Source: a virus. Taken from it: a DNA stretch of 64,000 nt. The notes beneath the pieces were generated by a model that saw only the letters and a program-made list of their open reading frames with translations, made no database searches and was not told the DNA's origin. The stretch is from positions 18,850 through 82,849 of IMG/VR virus record IMGVR_UViG_3300019752_000004, one strand, 5' to 3'. This document shows, piece after piece, positions 28,145 to 37,021 of the stretch (within the stretch, counting starts at the first letter, position 1; every line of letters begins with the position of its first letter). A program made the position numbers and the translations under genes.

Positions 28145-28312
28145 ATGAAACCAGTTGTAGGAAAATACTATTACATCCGAATTGTTGAACTTTCAGAAGA
28201 TGTTCTTGATTTAACTACATTCACCACATACTGTTTTATGGTAATTGGTTTCATGGGTCCGTTAGGGACTCTCTATTTAACATCAGAGAAAAAGGTTGGT
28301 TTCAATGACTAA
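28145..28312 (+). CDS. small hypothetical protein (55 aa, not in the ORF track)
   Basis: AAGGA RBS; MKPVVGKYYYIR...GFND*. Confidence 0.5.
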   Translation: MKPVVGKYYYIRIVELSEDVLDLTTFTTYCFMVIGFMGPLGTLYLTSEKKVGFND

Positions 28313-28688
28313 AGACACAGAAGTAATTTCAGAATGTGTACAGTTGCTTGATCTCAATTATGAACGTGAATTTCTACTCAGTGAGTTGAATAAACACCTG
28401 ACACATCCACTCGAAAAAGAACATGTAACATACATCACATCTAATAAAGATTTGGATAGAAGACTGACAAACCAATGGCAGACGTTTTTAGAAGTTGTTG
28501 ATGAGTATATTGACACCTATGATCTTAGATATGAACTTGAAACCATCAATGGTTTTGACTGGATGCTTGTATTTTATCAAAACCTCTATCTTTTTAAAAT
28601 TTATAAGAAACCACAGGATGTAGACGCATCTAATTATATGGAAGAATTCATGTTGAATCTAATCAAGACTTCAAAGTGTGGTTTCTAA
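28305..28688 (+). CDS. hypothetical protein
   Basis: ORF overlapping the upstream stop. Confidence 0.55.
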   Translation: MTKDTEVISECVQLLDLNYEREFLLSELNKHLTHPLEKEHVTYITSNKDLDRRLTNQWQTFLEVVDEYIDTYDLRYELETINGFDWMLVFYQNLYLFKIYKKPQDVDASNYMEEFMLNLIKTSKCGF

Positions 28689-28701
28689 CATAAATAGGGA
28701 T

Positions 28702-29388
28702 ATGGCACCTAAAAAACAAAAACAAGATTTTCTAAGCGCAACTGAAAGACAACAGTCTGGTGATATTGCTGCACGTTATAAAAATGCCTACAGGAACTCT
28801 GTAGGTCAACGTGCGGCTCTTCACACACGTAAAGCACATCAATGGTACATGAAACGTATCTCAAAGGATGTGAAACAGGCTAACAGTCTGAGAAAGAAAG
28901 TTGTAGGTGAAGAAAAATATAGAAGACGGGGTAGAGGGGAAATTAGAATAGGTGATTTGTATCTGTTTCAATATCCTGATCCAGTTCATAAAGACACCTT
29001 ACCATATTATGATACATGGCCCTGTGTATTCTTTTTTGATGAATACACATCAAAGGCTGGTAAACGTATTGTGCTTGGTTTAAATTTCCACTATCTGCCG
29101 CCAGCACTCCGATATAAATTATTTGATGATCTACTTAAACTCAGAAATGAAAAACGGTATAGACCAACCACTCGGTTGAAAATGAGTTGGAAGACCATCA
29201 AAGCAGCTTCAAAAACAAATGCATATGCGGCAGCTGTACACGCATATAGAGTTGACAGAATACGTGGTGGTCTGATAAAGGTTAATCCTACTGACTGGGC
29301 ACAAGTTATTGCATTGCCTATTGCTAACTGGAAAAAATCTAGTAGACAAAATGTATATGCTGATACAAAATCTAAATTGAGGAAGTAG
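28702..29388 (+). CDS. 2: DNA end protector protein gp2
   Basis: GDLYLFQY.DP.HKDTLPYYD.WP, LGLNFHYLPP..R, LPIANW; CATAAATA just upstream. Confidence 0.9.
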   Translation: MAPKKQKQDFLSATERQQSGDIAARYKNAYRNSVGQRAALHTRKAHQWYMKRISKDVKQANSLRKKVVGEEKYRRRGRGEIRIGDLYLFQYPDPVHKDTLPYYDTWPCVFFFDEYTSKAGKRIVLGLNFHYLPPALRYKLFDDLLKLRNEKRYRPTTRLKMSWKTIKAASKTNAYAAAVHAYRVDRIRGGLIKVNPTDWAQVIALPIANWKKSSRQNVYADTKSKLRK

Positions 29389-29389
29389 T

Positions 29390-29800
29390 ATGAAAGATTT
29401 AGGAATGATTGAATCTCATGATGACATCAATCAATATATCATCGCTATAGGTGATGAAAGATTTTATAATATGAAACCTATACACGGATTCAATATATTT
29501 GGATTATTAGAATATAAAGATGAAATACATTTTATGTGTGCAGATGATGGTCATTATTGGTCCGAAGGTATTGTGAACCCAGTCAATATCAATAAATTTC
29601 GTGAATTTGTCTGTATGTTGGAAAACGCTATTGATATTAAGAAATCTAGAATTATTATAAGAAATAAAAAATTGTTCCGTAACAATGATTATTGTTGTAA
29701 AATTGATGGAAAGACTATTTCTATGATTTTTGAGGATATAAATCTTACTTTCGATATCGCGTGGCTTCCAGTGTTGATTAAAACATTAGATATAGAATAG
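29390..29800 (+). CDS. hypothetical protein
   Basis: coupled ORF with GAGG RBS. Confidence 0.6.
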   Translation: MKDLGMIESHDDINQYIIAIGDERFYNMKPIHGFNIFGLLEYKDEIHFMCADDGHYWSEGIVNPVNINKFREFVCMLENAIDIKKSRIIIRNKKLFRNNDYCCKIDGKTISMIFEDINLTFDIAWLPVLIKTLDIE

Positions 29801-29808
29801 GAATTAGT

Positions 29809-30081
29809 ATGTATTTGAAAAAGGAAAAGAGAAAAGTTGAAGTTGTGAGTGAAGTTGATGTATTGTTTGTGACGGTCCAATGTGATCGTTGTGGTAAAAT
29901 TGAAGAATTGGAAGACAAAGAACCTGATGACTATTTATATCAGAGTATCACATATGTCAATGGTTGGGCTGTTGTTATTGCGGAGTCTAAAAACCATGAT
30001 AGGGATAATATAAACATCTGTCCTGATTGCACAAAAAGCTTCTTTGAAGAATATACAAAATTTCATAAATTAGATGATTAA
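29809..30081 (+). CDS. small Zn-finger hypothetical protein
   Basis: CDRCG...ICPDC. Confidence 0.65.
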   Translation: MYLKKEKRKVEVVSEVDVLFVTVQCDRCGKIEELEDKEPDDYLYQSITYVNGWAVVIAESKNHDRDNINICPDCTKSFFEEYTKFHKLDD

Positions 30082-30379
30082 CATTGAACATATTGAAAAG
30101 ACTCTAAATGATTTGTTGGAATCATACGGATATGGTAAGAAAATGGTTTTAATAGAATCATCTGGTGCCAAAATCGAATTATCTGCCAATTTAGAACGTG
30201 AACGGATGTTGCAAGGGTTTGACGATATCAATAATTCATGGGATATTAGATCAATGAATAAAATGATTCGTAGACAAAACACTGTTACTGAATTTGTTAA
30301 AATCCCAAAGGGTACTGGAATGATTCGAAGACGTGGAAACAACACTGGATATAGAAGAGAACGTTTTTACAGACGATGA
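30074..30379 (+). CDS. hypothetical protein
   Basis: overlapping ORF with basic C-terminus. Confidence 0.5.
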   Translation: MINIEHIEKTLNDLLESYGYGKKMVLIESSGAKIELSANLERERMLQGFDDINNSWDIRSMNKMIRRQNTVTEFVKIPKGTGMIRRRGNNTGYRRERFYRR

Positions 30380-30458
30380 ATAAACACCCGAAACCCCGTA
30401 TCATGAATACGTAATATGATTTAATCAGGGGTTTTGGGTTAATTAAAAGGAGTGATGA

Positions 30459-30668
30459 ATGGGTAGTAGTTATCAATCTACATATGTAAATGGTAAGAGA
30501 ATTGTTGTTGAAACCAGTGGCCATAAGATTTTCATCAATGGGCACGAACTTTCAGATGATATGAAATCTATTGTTAAGAAAGATTTTGGTTCCAATGGAT
30601 TCGTAACTGGGTTTATGATTGGTATTGCAGTTCCTTTTGTTCTGCAATTTATTTATAACTTGTTTTAA
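30459..30668 (+). CDS. small membrane protein
   Basis: AAGGAG RBS; C-terminal TM. Confidence 0.6.
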   Translation: MGSSYQSTYVNGKRIVVETSGHKIFINGHELSDDMKSIVKKDFGSNGFVTGFMIGIAVPFVLQFIYNLF

Positions 30669-30681
30669 AATGGAGAACAAA

Positions 30682-31110
30682 ATGAATGAAATTGAACGTG
30701 TGAAGACATAATTAAGAAATCTTGATCCAGATAATTATGTTGGCAAGCATATTACATGCACTGCACCTGAATATGATGGATATCCAGAATTTAAATGTCC
30801 ATGTGTAGTAACTGGATTTGATTATGATATTGGTATCAGCATTCAAGCAAGTGAAGATTGTAGCAATGAATATGAATATACATCTGCTTATAAAAATGAA
30901 TATATTCTTTGTCTTAATGGTCCATCGTCACCAGTAGTGAAGAAAATTAGTGTTGAAAATAGAATGGGTGAAGATGTATATACCAACATGTTTAAATACC
31001 TTGTCAATGCAATAGATATCGGTGATGTTAATTATGATGATCTTGAAGAATCTAAAGGTTCTTATATTGCAGGACATCCTACATCGGATACATGTGCATT
31101 TGCTCAATAA
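30682..31110 (+). pseudogene. 143-codon ORF interrupted by a single in-frame TAA at codon 10
   Basis: GGAG RBS + ATG 30682; TAA 30709-30711; the same frame then stays open to TAA 31108-31110. Confidence 0.7.
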
Positions 31111-31120
31111 TAAAAAATTT

Positions 31121-31206
31121 AAAAAACTTGTTGACAAGTGAATGAGGTCTGCATATAACTAGACTCATGGAAGGGAGAATTCCTTAATAACTTAACAAAA
31201 TGGAGA
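31121..31206 (+). repeat. Family B early promoter/leader repeat, cassette 1
   Basis: AAAAACTTGTTGACA-N17-TATAACTAGACTCATGGAAGG...AACTTAACAAAATGGAGA. Confidence 0.92.
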
Positions 31207-31212
31207 AAGAAA

Positions 31213-31404
31213 ATGAATGTTCATGAAATGCGTATCATCCTCAATAAGATTTACAACGGAAATGTGTTATATGAATCTGATGACACAGACACTCTATTTC
31301 ATGAAGGTCTGATTACTACAACTAAAGTTAATTGTTGCGGAGAGGTTCATCCGTTAATAATCCTAACCCCACTCGGTGAACGTGTGAGAAGTAATTTTAA
31401 ATAG
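31213..31404 (+). CDS. 63-aa cassette ORF 1 (hypothetical)
   Basis: between the B leader and the C terminator. Confidence 0.75.
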   Translation: MNVHEMRIILNKIYNGNVLYESDDTDTLFHEGLITTTKVNCCGEVHPLIILTPLGERVRSNFK

Positions 31405-31424
31405 TTTGTCACCACACCATACAT

Positions 31425-31485
31425 AAATTTTACCCCTAGTAGAAACATTAATTCTACTAGGGGTTTCTTGTTTCTGATAAATACT
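31425..31485 (+). terminator. Family C repeat: intrinsic terminator + late promoter box, copy 1
   Basis: 13-bp stem ACCCCTAGTAGAA/TTCTACTAGGGGT, T-rich tail, GATAAATA. Confidence 0.9.
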
Positions 31486-31488
31486 TTT

Positions 31489-31571
31489 AAAAACTTGTTG
31501 ACAAGTGAATATGGTCTGTATATAACTAGACTCATGGAAGGCAAATCCTTAATAACTTAACAAAATGGAGA
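31489..31571 (+). repeat. Family B early promoter/leader repeat, cassette 2
   Basis: TTGACA 31498, 367 bp after the previous copy. Confidence 0.92.
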
Positions 31572-31577
31572 TACAAA

Positions 31578-31769
31578 ATGACTGTTCATGAAATCCAAAA
31601 TCAATTAGCACCGTATAGACTATATTGGGATTCTAATGACGATTGTGTATATAATGAAGATGATGTCTTCTTTGAATATGTACCTTACAACGATATGGTG
31701 GGTTTTATTTCTAGATGTATAACCGGAGAAGCATTTTCTGCACAGAAAATTATTACAGCTGGCGAATAA
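31578..31769 (+). CDS. 63-aa cassette ORF 2 (hypothetical)
   Basis: between the B leader and the C terminator. Confidence 0.75.
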   Translation: MTVHEIQNQLAPYRLYWDSNDDCVYNEDDVFFEYVPYNDMVGFISRCITGEAFSAQKIITAGE

Positions 31770-31790
31770 GACAACCAATTAAACAAACCA

Positions 31791-31851
31791 AAATTTTACC
31801 CCTAGTAGAAACCTTCATTCTACTAGGGGTTTCTTGTTTCTGATAAATACT
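31791..31851 (+). terminator. Family C repeat, copy 2 (terminator + late promoter for gp48)
   Basis: 61 bp identical to 34026-34086. Confidence 0.9.
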
Positions 31852-31869
31852 TTTAAAAGAGATATTTTT

Positions 31870-32829
31870 ATGAGATTTGCAACAAGAACAAGAAATATAA
31901 TTAACCGTATCAACGGCAGAAAACCAGATTCAACCACTACAGGAACATATGATCCAACGACTTTAAAACAGTTGGTATTCCCCCGTGACGTTCTAACACT
32001 CACAGAGGGTAATGGTCATTACATCCTTTTTAACATCAACACTGTTGTTGGTTCTAGATTTAGTTCCCGTGCAACCCGTGTAGTAGAAAACACTGTTAAC
32101 AATCCATTCGGTGATGAACCAGTTGTACAGCAATCAGGGAGTTCTAGTCTTAGAACATTGACACGAAATCATGTTCGTAGTGATGAAAGTATAGTCATGT
32201 TCATGCCACCTAACCTAAGTACAGCATATAATGTTGACTGGTCTGCAACTGAATTAGGTGTACTTGGATCAGTATTAGCCGATGGTCTTAATTTTGATTC
32301 AGTCAACCTAGAGGATGTTAAACGTGTTACAGGTAGACTTGTAAAAGAAACTGCATTGAATCTAGCCAGCCTAGTTGGTGTAAATGCAGAGGAATCATAT
32401 AGATTGTATAGTGCTGAGACAAAGAATCCATTTACAGAAACACTTTTCAACGGGATTTCAAACAGGACATTACCTCTGAATTTTAGAATGAATGCACGGT
32501 CTGAAAATGAAGCCGAAACCATTAAAGAGATTGTACGTAGATTTAAATTTCATGCTGCACCAGAAATTGTAGATGGGGATATCAGGTCATCTTATTTTAA
32601 AGCACCATCTACCTTTGATATTACATTCATGAACAAAGACCAGAACAATGTTTACCTTCACAGAATGTCTACATGTGCGCTATCAGATATTAACGTTAAT
32701 TATACGCCTAATGGCGAATATAGCACGTTAAAGAATGGTGCACCAACACAGATTGAACTTGAACTTAAATTCACAGAGCTTGAAGTTCTCACTAAATCTA
32801 AATTTCTTGATCCAGATAACAGTTTCTAG
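31870..32829 (+). CDS. 48: Baseplate tail-tube cap gp48
   Basis: LVFPRD, HYILFNI, IVMFMPPN, NPFTETLFNGISNR, TCALSDINVNYTP, LKFTELE. Confidence 0.88.
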   Translation: MRFATRTRNIINRINGRKPDSTTTGTYDPTTLKQLVFPRDVLTLTEGNGHYILFNINTVVGSRFSSRATRVVENTVNNPFGDEPVVQQSGSSSLRTLTRNHVRSDESIVMFMPPNLSTAYNVDWSATELGVLGSVLADGLNFDSVNLEDVKRVTGRLVKETALNLASLVGVNAEESYRLYSAETKNPFTETLFNGISNRTLPLNFRMNARSENEAETIKEIVRRFKFHAAPEIVDGDIRSSYFKAPSTFDITFMNKDQNNVYLHRMSTCALSDINVNYTPNGEYSTLKNGAPTQIELELKFTELEVLTKSKFLDPDNSF

Positions 32830-32838
32830 GAGGTTCCA

Positions 32839-33393
32839 ATGTATTTTCAACTTTTTCCACACAGATGGTTTACACTCTCAAACGGTGAAACCATATTATA
32901 CAATAACTTTACACGAGCCGTAGGCGTTACAAATAGTATAGTAGAAGATGAAACTAATCTGATTAATTATATTATTGCCGATGGTGAACGTGCTGAACAG
33001 ATTAGTCAACGTGTATATGGATCAACAGAATACTGGTGGATTATATATCATGTGAATAGAATTGAGAATCCAGTTGTAGATTGGCCTTATCCAAATTCAA
33101 TATTAGATGATATTAGATTGGAAGAGTTTCCGAATAGTTCGCCAGTGGATGTTCATCACTATGAGGATAAGTATGATAATATAGTTGATATAAATCATTT
33201 CAGAGCCTTGTATCCTAATTATGATGATGCTCGGATTGTGGCTGAAAATGAATTGACTATAGTGACGTTAGATGAATTTTATACTGGTGAAAATGAAGAG
33301 AAACGTAATATTAGACTAGTTGATCCACTGTATATAGATGTAATTGCTGGACAATTAGAAGCATTATTTTATAGTGCAATAAATCGAAATTAA
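32839..33393 (+). CDS. 53: Baseplate wedge subunit gp53
   Basis: MYFQLFP, Y.I.DGERAEQIS..VYG...YWWII...N.I.NP..DWP, ENEEKRNIRL. Confidence 0.9.
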   Translation: MYFQLFPHRWFTLSNGETILYNNFTRAVGVTNSIVEDETNLINYIIADGERAEQISQRVYGSTEYWWIIYHVNRIENPVVDWPYPNSILDDIRLEEFPNSSPVDVHHYEDKYDNIVDINHFRALYPNYDDARIVAENELTIVTLDEFYTGENEEKRNIRLVDPLYIDVIAGQLEALFYSAINRN

Positions 33394-33396
33394 TTT

Positions 33397-33480
33397 AAAA
33401 AACTTGTTGACAAGTGAATTAGGTCTGCATATAACTAGACTCATGGAAGGCAAATCCTTAAAAACTTAACAAAATGGAGA
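33397..33480 (+). repeat. Family B early promoter/leader repeat, cassette 3 (inside the baseplate operon)
   Basis: TTGACA 33407-N17-TATAACT; near-identical to the copies at 31121 and 31489. Confidence 0.92.
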
Positions 33481-33487
33481 AAGAAAA

Positions 33488-34009
33488 ATGACAACTACAG
33501 AAACCATAATCAATGTCATTAAGGACCAAATAAGACCAGCTATGGATGTGTGGGAAGATGATATGTATAACTTTATTAAGGATTTGCAAGAATATTGTAC
33601 AAAGACTGTATATAATGATTATGAAGATCAGAAAGGTTCCTTCAATTTGATGGGGAACTACACCGCAAATGAGAGCAAATCCTATATTATTCATATTCTT
33701 AAAGAACGGAATGGATATAAGAAAACCTATGAACGATTCTTTCACAGAAGTGAAACTGATCTTAAAGATATGATTCATAAAGAAGCTACACATAAGCTTA
33801 ACAAAATTGATGTTGCCGTAAAAAAGAAACTTAATGGTGTTGACATAGAAAAGATTGAAATGCTTGGTTTTAATGCTTATTCTGCAAACGGCTTTTGTGA
33901 TGGTGCTTGGAAAATTAATGATAATAAGGTGTTTTCATTCCGAGGTATTTATGCAGGTGGATATAACATACAGTGTCATCATGTAAGAACACTTTACACA
34001 TACAAGTAA
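33488..34009 (+). CDS. 173-aa cassette ORF 3 (hypothetical)
   Basis: between B and C repeats; C-terminal IYAGGYNIQCHHVR motif. Confidence 0.8.
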   Translation: MTTTETIINVIKDQIRPAMDVWEDDMYNFIKDLQEYCTKTVYNDYEDQKGSFNLMGNYTANESKSYIIHILKERNGYKKTYERFFHRSETDLKDMIHKEATHKLNKIDVAVKKKLNGVDIEKIEMLGFNAYSANGFCDGAWKINDNKVFSFRGIYAGGYNIQCHHVRTLYTYK

Positions 34010-34025
34010 TAAACTATATAAATTA

Positions 34026-34086
34026 AAATTTTACCCCTAGTAGAAACCTTCATTCTACTAGGGGTTTCTTGTTTCTGATAAATACT
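34026..34086 (+). terminator. Family C repeat, copy 3 (terminator + late promoter for the hub gene)
   Basis: identical to 31791-31851. Confidence 0.9.
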
Positions 34087-34105
34087 ACTAAAAGAGATAT
34101 ATTAT

Positions 34106-35287
34106 ATGGCTACATTAATAGAAGAAGGAAAATATGAATTATTTTCCTGTTACATACTCACGCACATGCAGGAACAAATTGATGTGCGAAACCTGATGAT
34201 AGAATTTGATGTATATGAATCTATGTACAGTGATTCTGTTACAGGTACACTCATTTTAGGTGACACCCTAAATTTACTTGCTAATGCCCCCATCATCGGT
34301 GGTGAAACAGTAGTTTTCCAATTTAGAACCACAGGTAAATTTGAAACCAGAACCCATAGATTCATAGTGTATAGCTGCACTAACAGAAACGTAGATAAAA
34401 ATAAAACCCAGCTGTATAAATTAAAATTATGCACATCAGAAAAGTATGATGATTTAAATCAAAGTATTTCACGTGCTATCAATGGTCATTATAGTGATTC
34501 TGTAGTTTCTATATTAAATGAAATCAGTGATAAACCTGTTGTATCCGATAAATCTACTGGGATACACCAATATATAATTCCATATACCACACCATTTGAT
34601 GCGATACGTAGATTAACACAGAAATCGATCGACAGTGATAATAATCCATTTGTTTTCTACGAATCTACTGTTACAGGATATAATATTAGAAGTGTATCGG
34701 CATTGTATGAACAGGAAGCAGTTACAACCTACATATTTTCACCATCAAACACTCGTCCAGTTGAAGAACGTTATAGGAATATTAAAGAATATGATGTTCA
34801 GCAATCCAATAACGTGAATAAATATAATGAGAGATTTGTCAATGGTGGGGTCATGCAGACATTCGATCTATTTTCAAAAACGTATGTAGAGGATAACATT
34901 GTACGGGATAATAGCGTTGTATTAGATAATTCACCTGTGCCAGATGTATATAATAAACGTAGGACAAGAACCAAGTTTCAGATAGATGATATGTCTACAG
35001 GTAGATTTGATGATTTTCATAAGAACAGTGAGGCTGTAATGCACCGAAACTATGCTATGACATGGCTTTTAGCTGGTGATGAAAATCTTGTACTGGGATC
35101 AGTAGTTAATTTTGATATTCCATCACTAGAAGAACAGACTGATGTACTAAAAATAGACCCACTATATAGCGGTAGGTTCCTAGTCAGTGCTATTAAACAT
35201 ACATGGACTAAAGTTGAATATAGCATGAATGTAGAGGTTGTTAAAAATAGTTTCAATAGGGAAACGGGAATAAACAATGGCAGATAA
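34106..35287 (+). CDS. Baseplate hub protein (gp27-like)
   Basis: FDVYESMYSDSVTGTLILGD..NL...PIIGGE, FVFYE, YSGRFLVSAIKH; synteny. Confidence 0.8.
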   Translation: MATLIEEGKYELFSCYILTHMQEQIDVRNLMIEFDVYESMYSDSVTGTLILGDTLNLLANAPIIGGETVVFQFRTTGKFETRTHRFIVYSCTNRNVDKNKTQLYKLKLCTSEKYDDLNQSISRAINGHYSDSVVSILNEISDKPVVSDKSTGIHQYIIPYTTPFDAIRRLTQKSIDSDNNPFVFYESTVTGYNIRSVSALYEQEAVTTYIFSPSNTRPVEERYRNIKEYDVQQSNNVNKYNERFVNGGVMQTFDLFSKTYVEDNIVRDNSVVLDNSPVPDVYNKRRTRTKFQIDDMSTGRFDDFHKNSEAVMHRNYAMTWLLAGDENLVLGSVVNFDIPSLEEQTDVLKIDPLYSGRFLVSAIKHTWTKVEYSMNVEVVKNSFNRETGINNGR

Positions 35288-36944
35288 TAAAAAATCAGGA
35301 TTAGACGCAACTAGCGATCAGCTGAGACAACAACAGACTGTAGAATCAGGAATGGATGAAATCCATATTCAAGTAGAATCCGCTTTGAATAAACTGGCTA
35401 TGTCCTTTGAACAGAATGACAAGCGTAGTGTTAGACAGACACAGAATCAGTTGAAGGGTTTAGAATCCAAATTGCTGGAAAGAACTGATGTACAATCAAA
35501 AGAATATTTACAACTCGTTTCAGCAAATCTATCACAGACTGCTAATAGTGTTAGTCTTGCGTCCAGAGCGTCAGAAACGGCCTTGTCACGCATCCAAAGC
35601 AGTTTACCTACACGTGATACCTTTTTAGCTGCATTAACCACAGCAAACCCCATTGTGGGTCTCTCTGCGAGTCTTGCAACAAACTCTTTAGCAAGTTTGT
35701 CAGAATCTCGCAAAATGCGAAGACTTGAACACAAACAGCAGGGCAAAAACCTTAAAGCTGAATTGGAACGCATTAAAGAATCAAAAGCTATTGCTCCCGC
35801 ATCTGAACCATCTAATGTATTAGAACCTGAAATAGTTGATATTGAACCTATCACATCTAATTTAGAAAAAGTTCAAGACCCTTTAAATGATATAGTTGCT
35901 GTAAATGAAAAGATTTTAGAACGACTTGATGACAGTGTAGATATAGCTAAACAGAATGAATTGGAAGAAGATAGGAATGCAGCTATTGCCAGAAGAGAAG
36001 ACATTAGAGAAGGTAATATAGTTCCTAAAGATGATGCTGAAAAGGTTGGGGATGAAAAAGATACTGGATTGCTAGGTAGTCTAGGTGGATTCTTTTCATC
36101 ATTCGCCGCATCTATTACAGGATTTCTTGCTGGTGGTGCTGGACTCATAGGTGGATTGGGATTGGCTTTTGCTGGATTCTATGCAGCTTATCAAATTATT
36201 GAGGGATTTTTCAATGCTGGTGAAATCTTTGGAAAGGATAGTGTCACATTCATTGAACGTATCAGTGGCGGTCTAGCTGGTCTTCTAGGTGGTTTTTTGG
36301 ATTTATTTGAAGGTGTGTTTAGTTTCTTTGGCGTTGAATTGGATTTGAAGGGTGATGAAATCACACAGACCGTAGCATATTTTCTTAGAGATATGATAAC
36401 AGGCATAGTAGATTTCTTCACAGGTATTGGTCAAGGTGTACTAATGATATTCACTGACCCAGAACAGGGATTTAATAAAATTAAAGACACCTTTGTTGAA
36501 ACATTTGATAAAGTGCTAGACAGTATAGTAGCTGGTTTTGAATTTATACAGGATGCAATTGCGGAACCAATTGAAAGAGTCGAATCAGCTGTATCAGGTA
36601 TGTTTGATTTCATGACTGATGCTATCAATGATATGATTCAGAGTGCTGCACAACTAGCTGTAGATATTTTACCAGATATAGTAACACCCGATTCGCTGAA
36701 AGATGTCGCTGAATATGGATTGTTTGAAAAGCAGATTTCTCCATCATCTACAATGCCTGAAAATATAGATCGTGTAGAACAGAATATTAAACAGCGTGAA
36801 AGAGAATCAAATGTAGCTGCTACAGCTGCACAGGTTATCAATGCACCATCTGTCAATTCTAGGAATGAAAATGTTCAGGTTGTTGGTGGTGTGTTGAATG
36901 CTAACGCTAATGATGGTGATTTTGGAACCTCACGGTGGTTCTAA
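35277..36944 (+). CDS. Tape-measure-like hub protein (gp29-like)
   Basis: coiled-coil N-terminus, Gly/hydrophobic stretches with ~11-residue F periodicity; synteny. Confidence 0.7.
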   Translation: MADNKKSGLDATSDQLRQQQTVESGMDEIHIQVESALNKLAMSFEQNDKRSVRQTQNQLKGLESKLLERTDVQSKEYLQLVSANLSQTANSVSLASRASETALSRIQSSLPTRDTFLAALTTANPIVGLSASLATNSLASLSESRKMRRLEHKQQGKNLKAELERIKESKAIAPASEPSNVLEPEIVDIEPITSNLEKVQDPLNDIVAVNEKILERLDDSVDIAKQNELEEDRNAAIARREDIREGNIVPKDDAEKVGDEKDTGLLGSLGGFFSSFAASITGFLAGGAGLIGGLGLAFAGFYAAYQIIEGFFNAGEIFGKDSVTFIERISGGLAGLLGGFLDLFEGVFSFFGVELDLKGDEITQTVAYFLRDMITGIVDFFTGIGQGVLMIFTDPEQGFNKIKDTFVETFDKVLDSIVAGFEFIQDAIAEPIERVESAVSGMFDFMTDAINDMIQSAAQLAVDILPDIVTPDSLKDVAEYGLFEKQISPSSTMPENIDRVEQNIKQRERESNVAATAAQVINAPSVNSRNENVQVVGGVLNANANDGDFGTSRWF

Positions 36945-37010
36945 CGCATTCTAATTCATTTCTGGATTCATAGTACCATTTTAAAATTAAAAGCTCTTAG
37001 AAGCTAAAAT
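36937..37010. repeat. Family D element, degenerate copy (one intact arm)
   Basis: GGTTCTAACGCATTCTAA overlaps the tape-measure stop codon; spacer GATTCATAGTA resembles copy 2. Confidence 0.55.
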
Positions 37011-37021
37011 AGAGACAATTT

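Noticed and set aside
16677-31110. Stop-codon reassignment suggested by the in-frame TGA (16683) and TAA (30709)
   Set aside because: All long core genes are intact in code 11, and TAA, TAG and TGA all end conserved genes; these are isolated lesions.
31121-31851. Tandem repeats read as a CRISPR array or attC integron
   Set aside because: Units are ~367 bp and contain whole ORFs with promoter and terminator; there are no 25-45-bp repeats with spacers, no attC R/L boxes, and no cas or integrase gene in the window.
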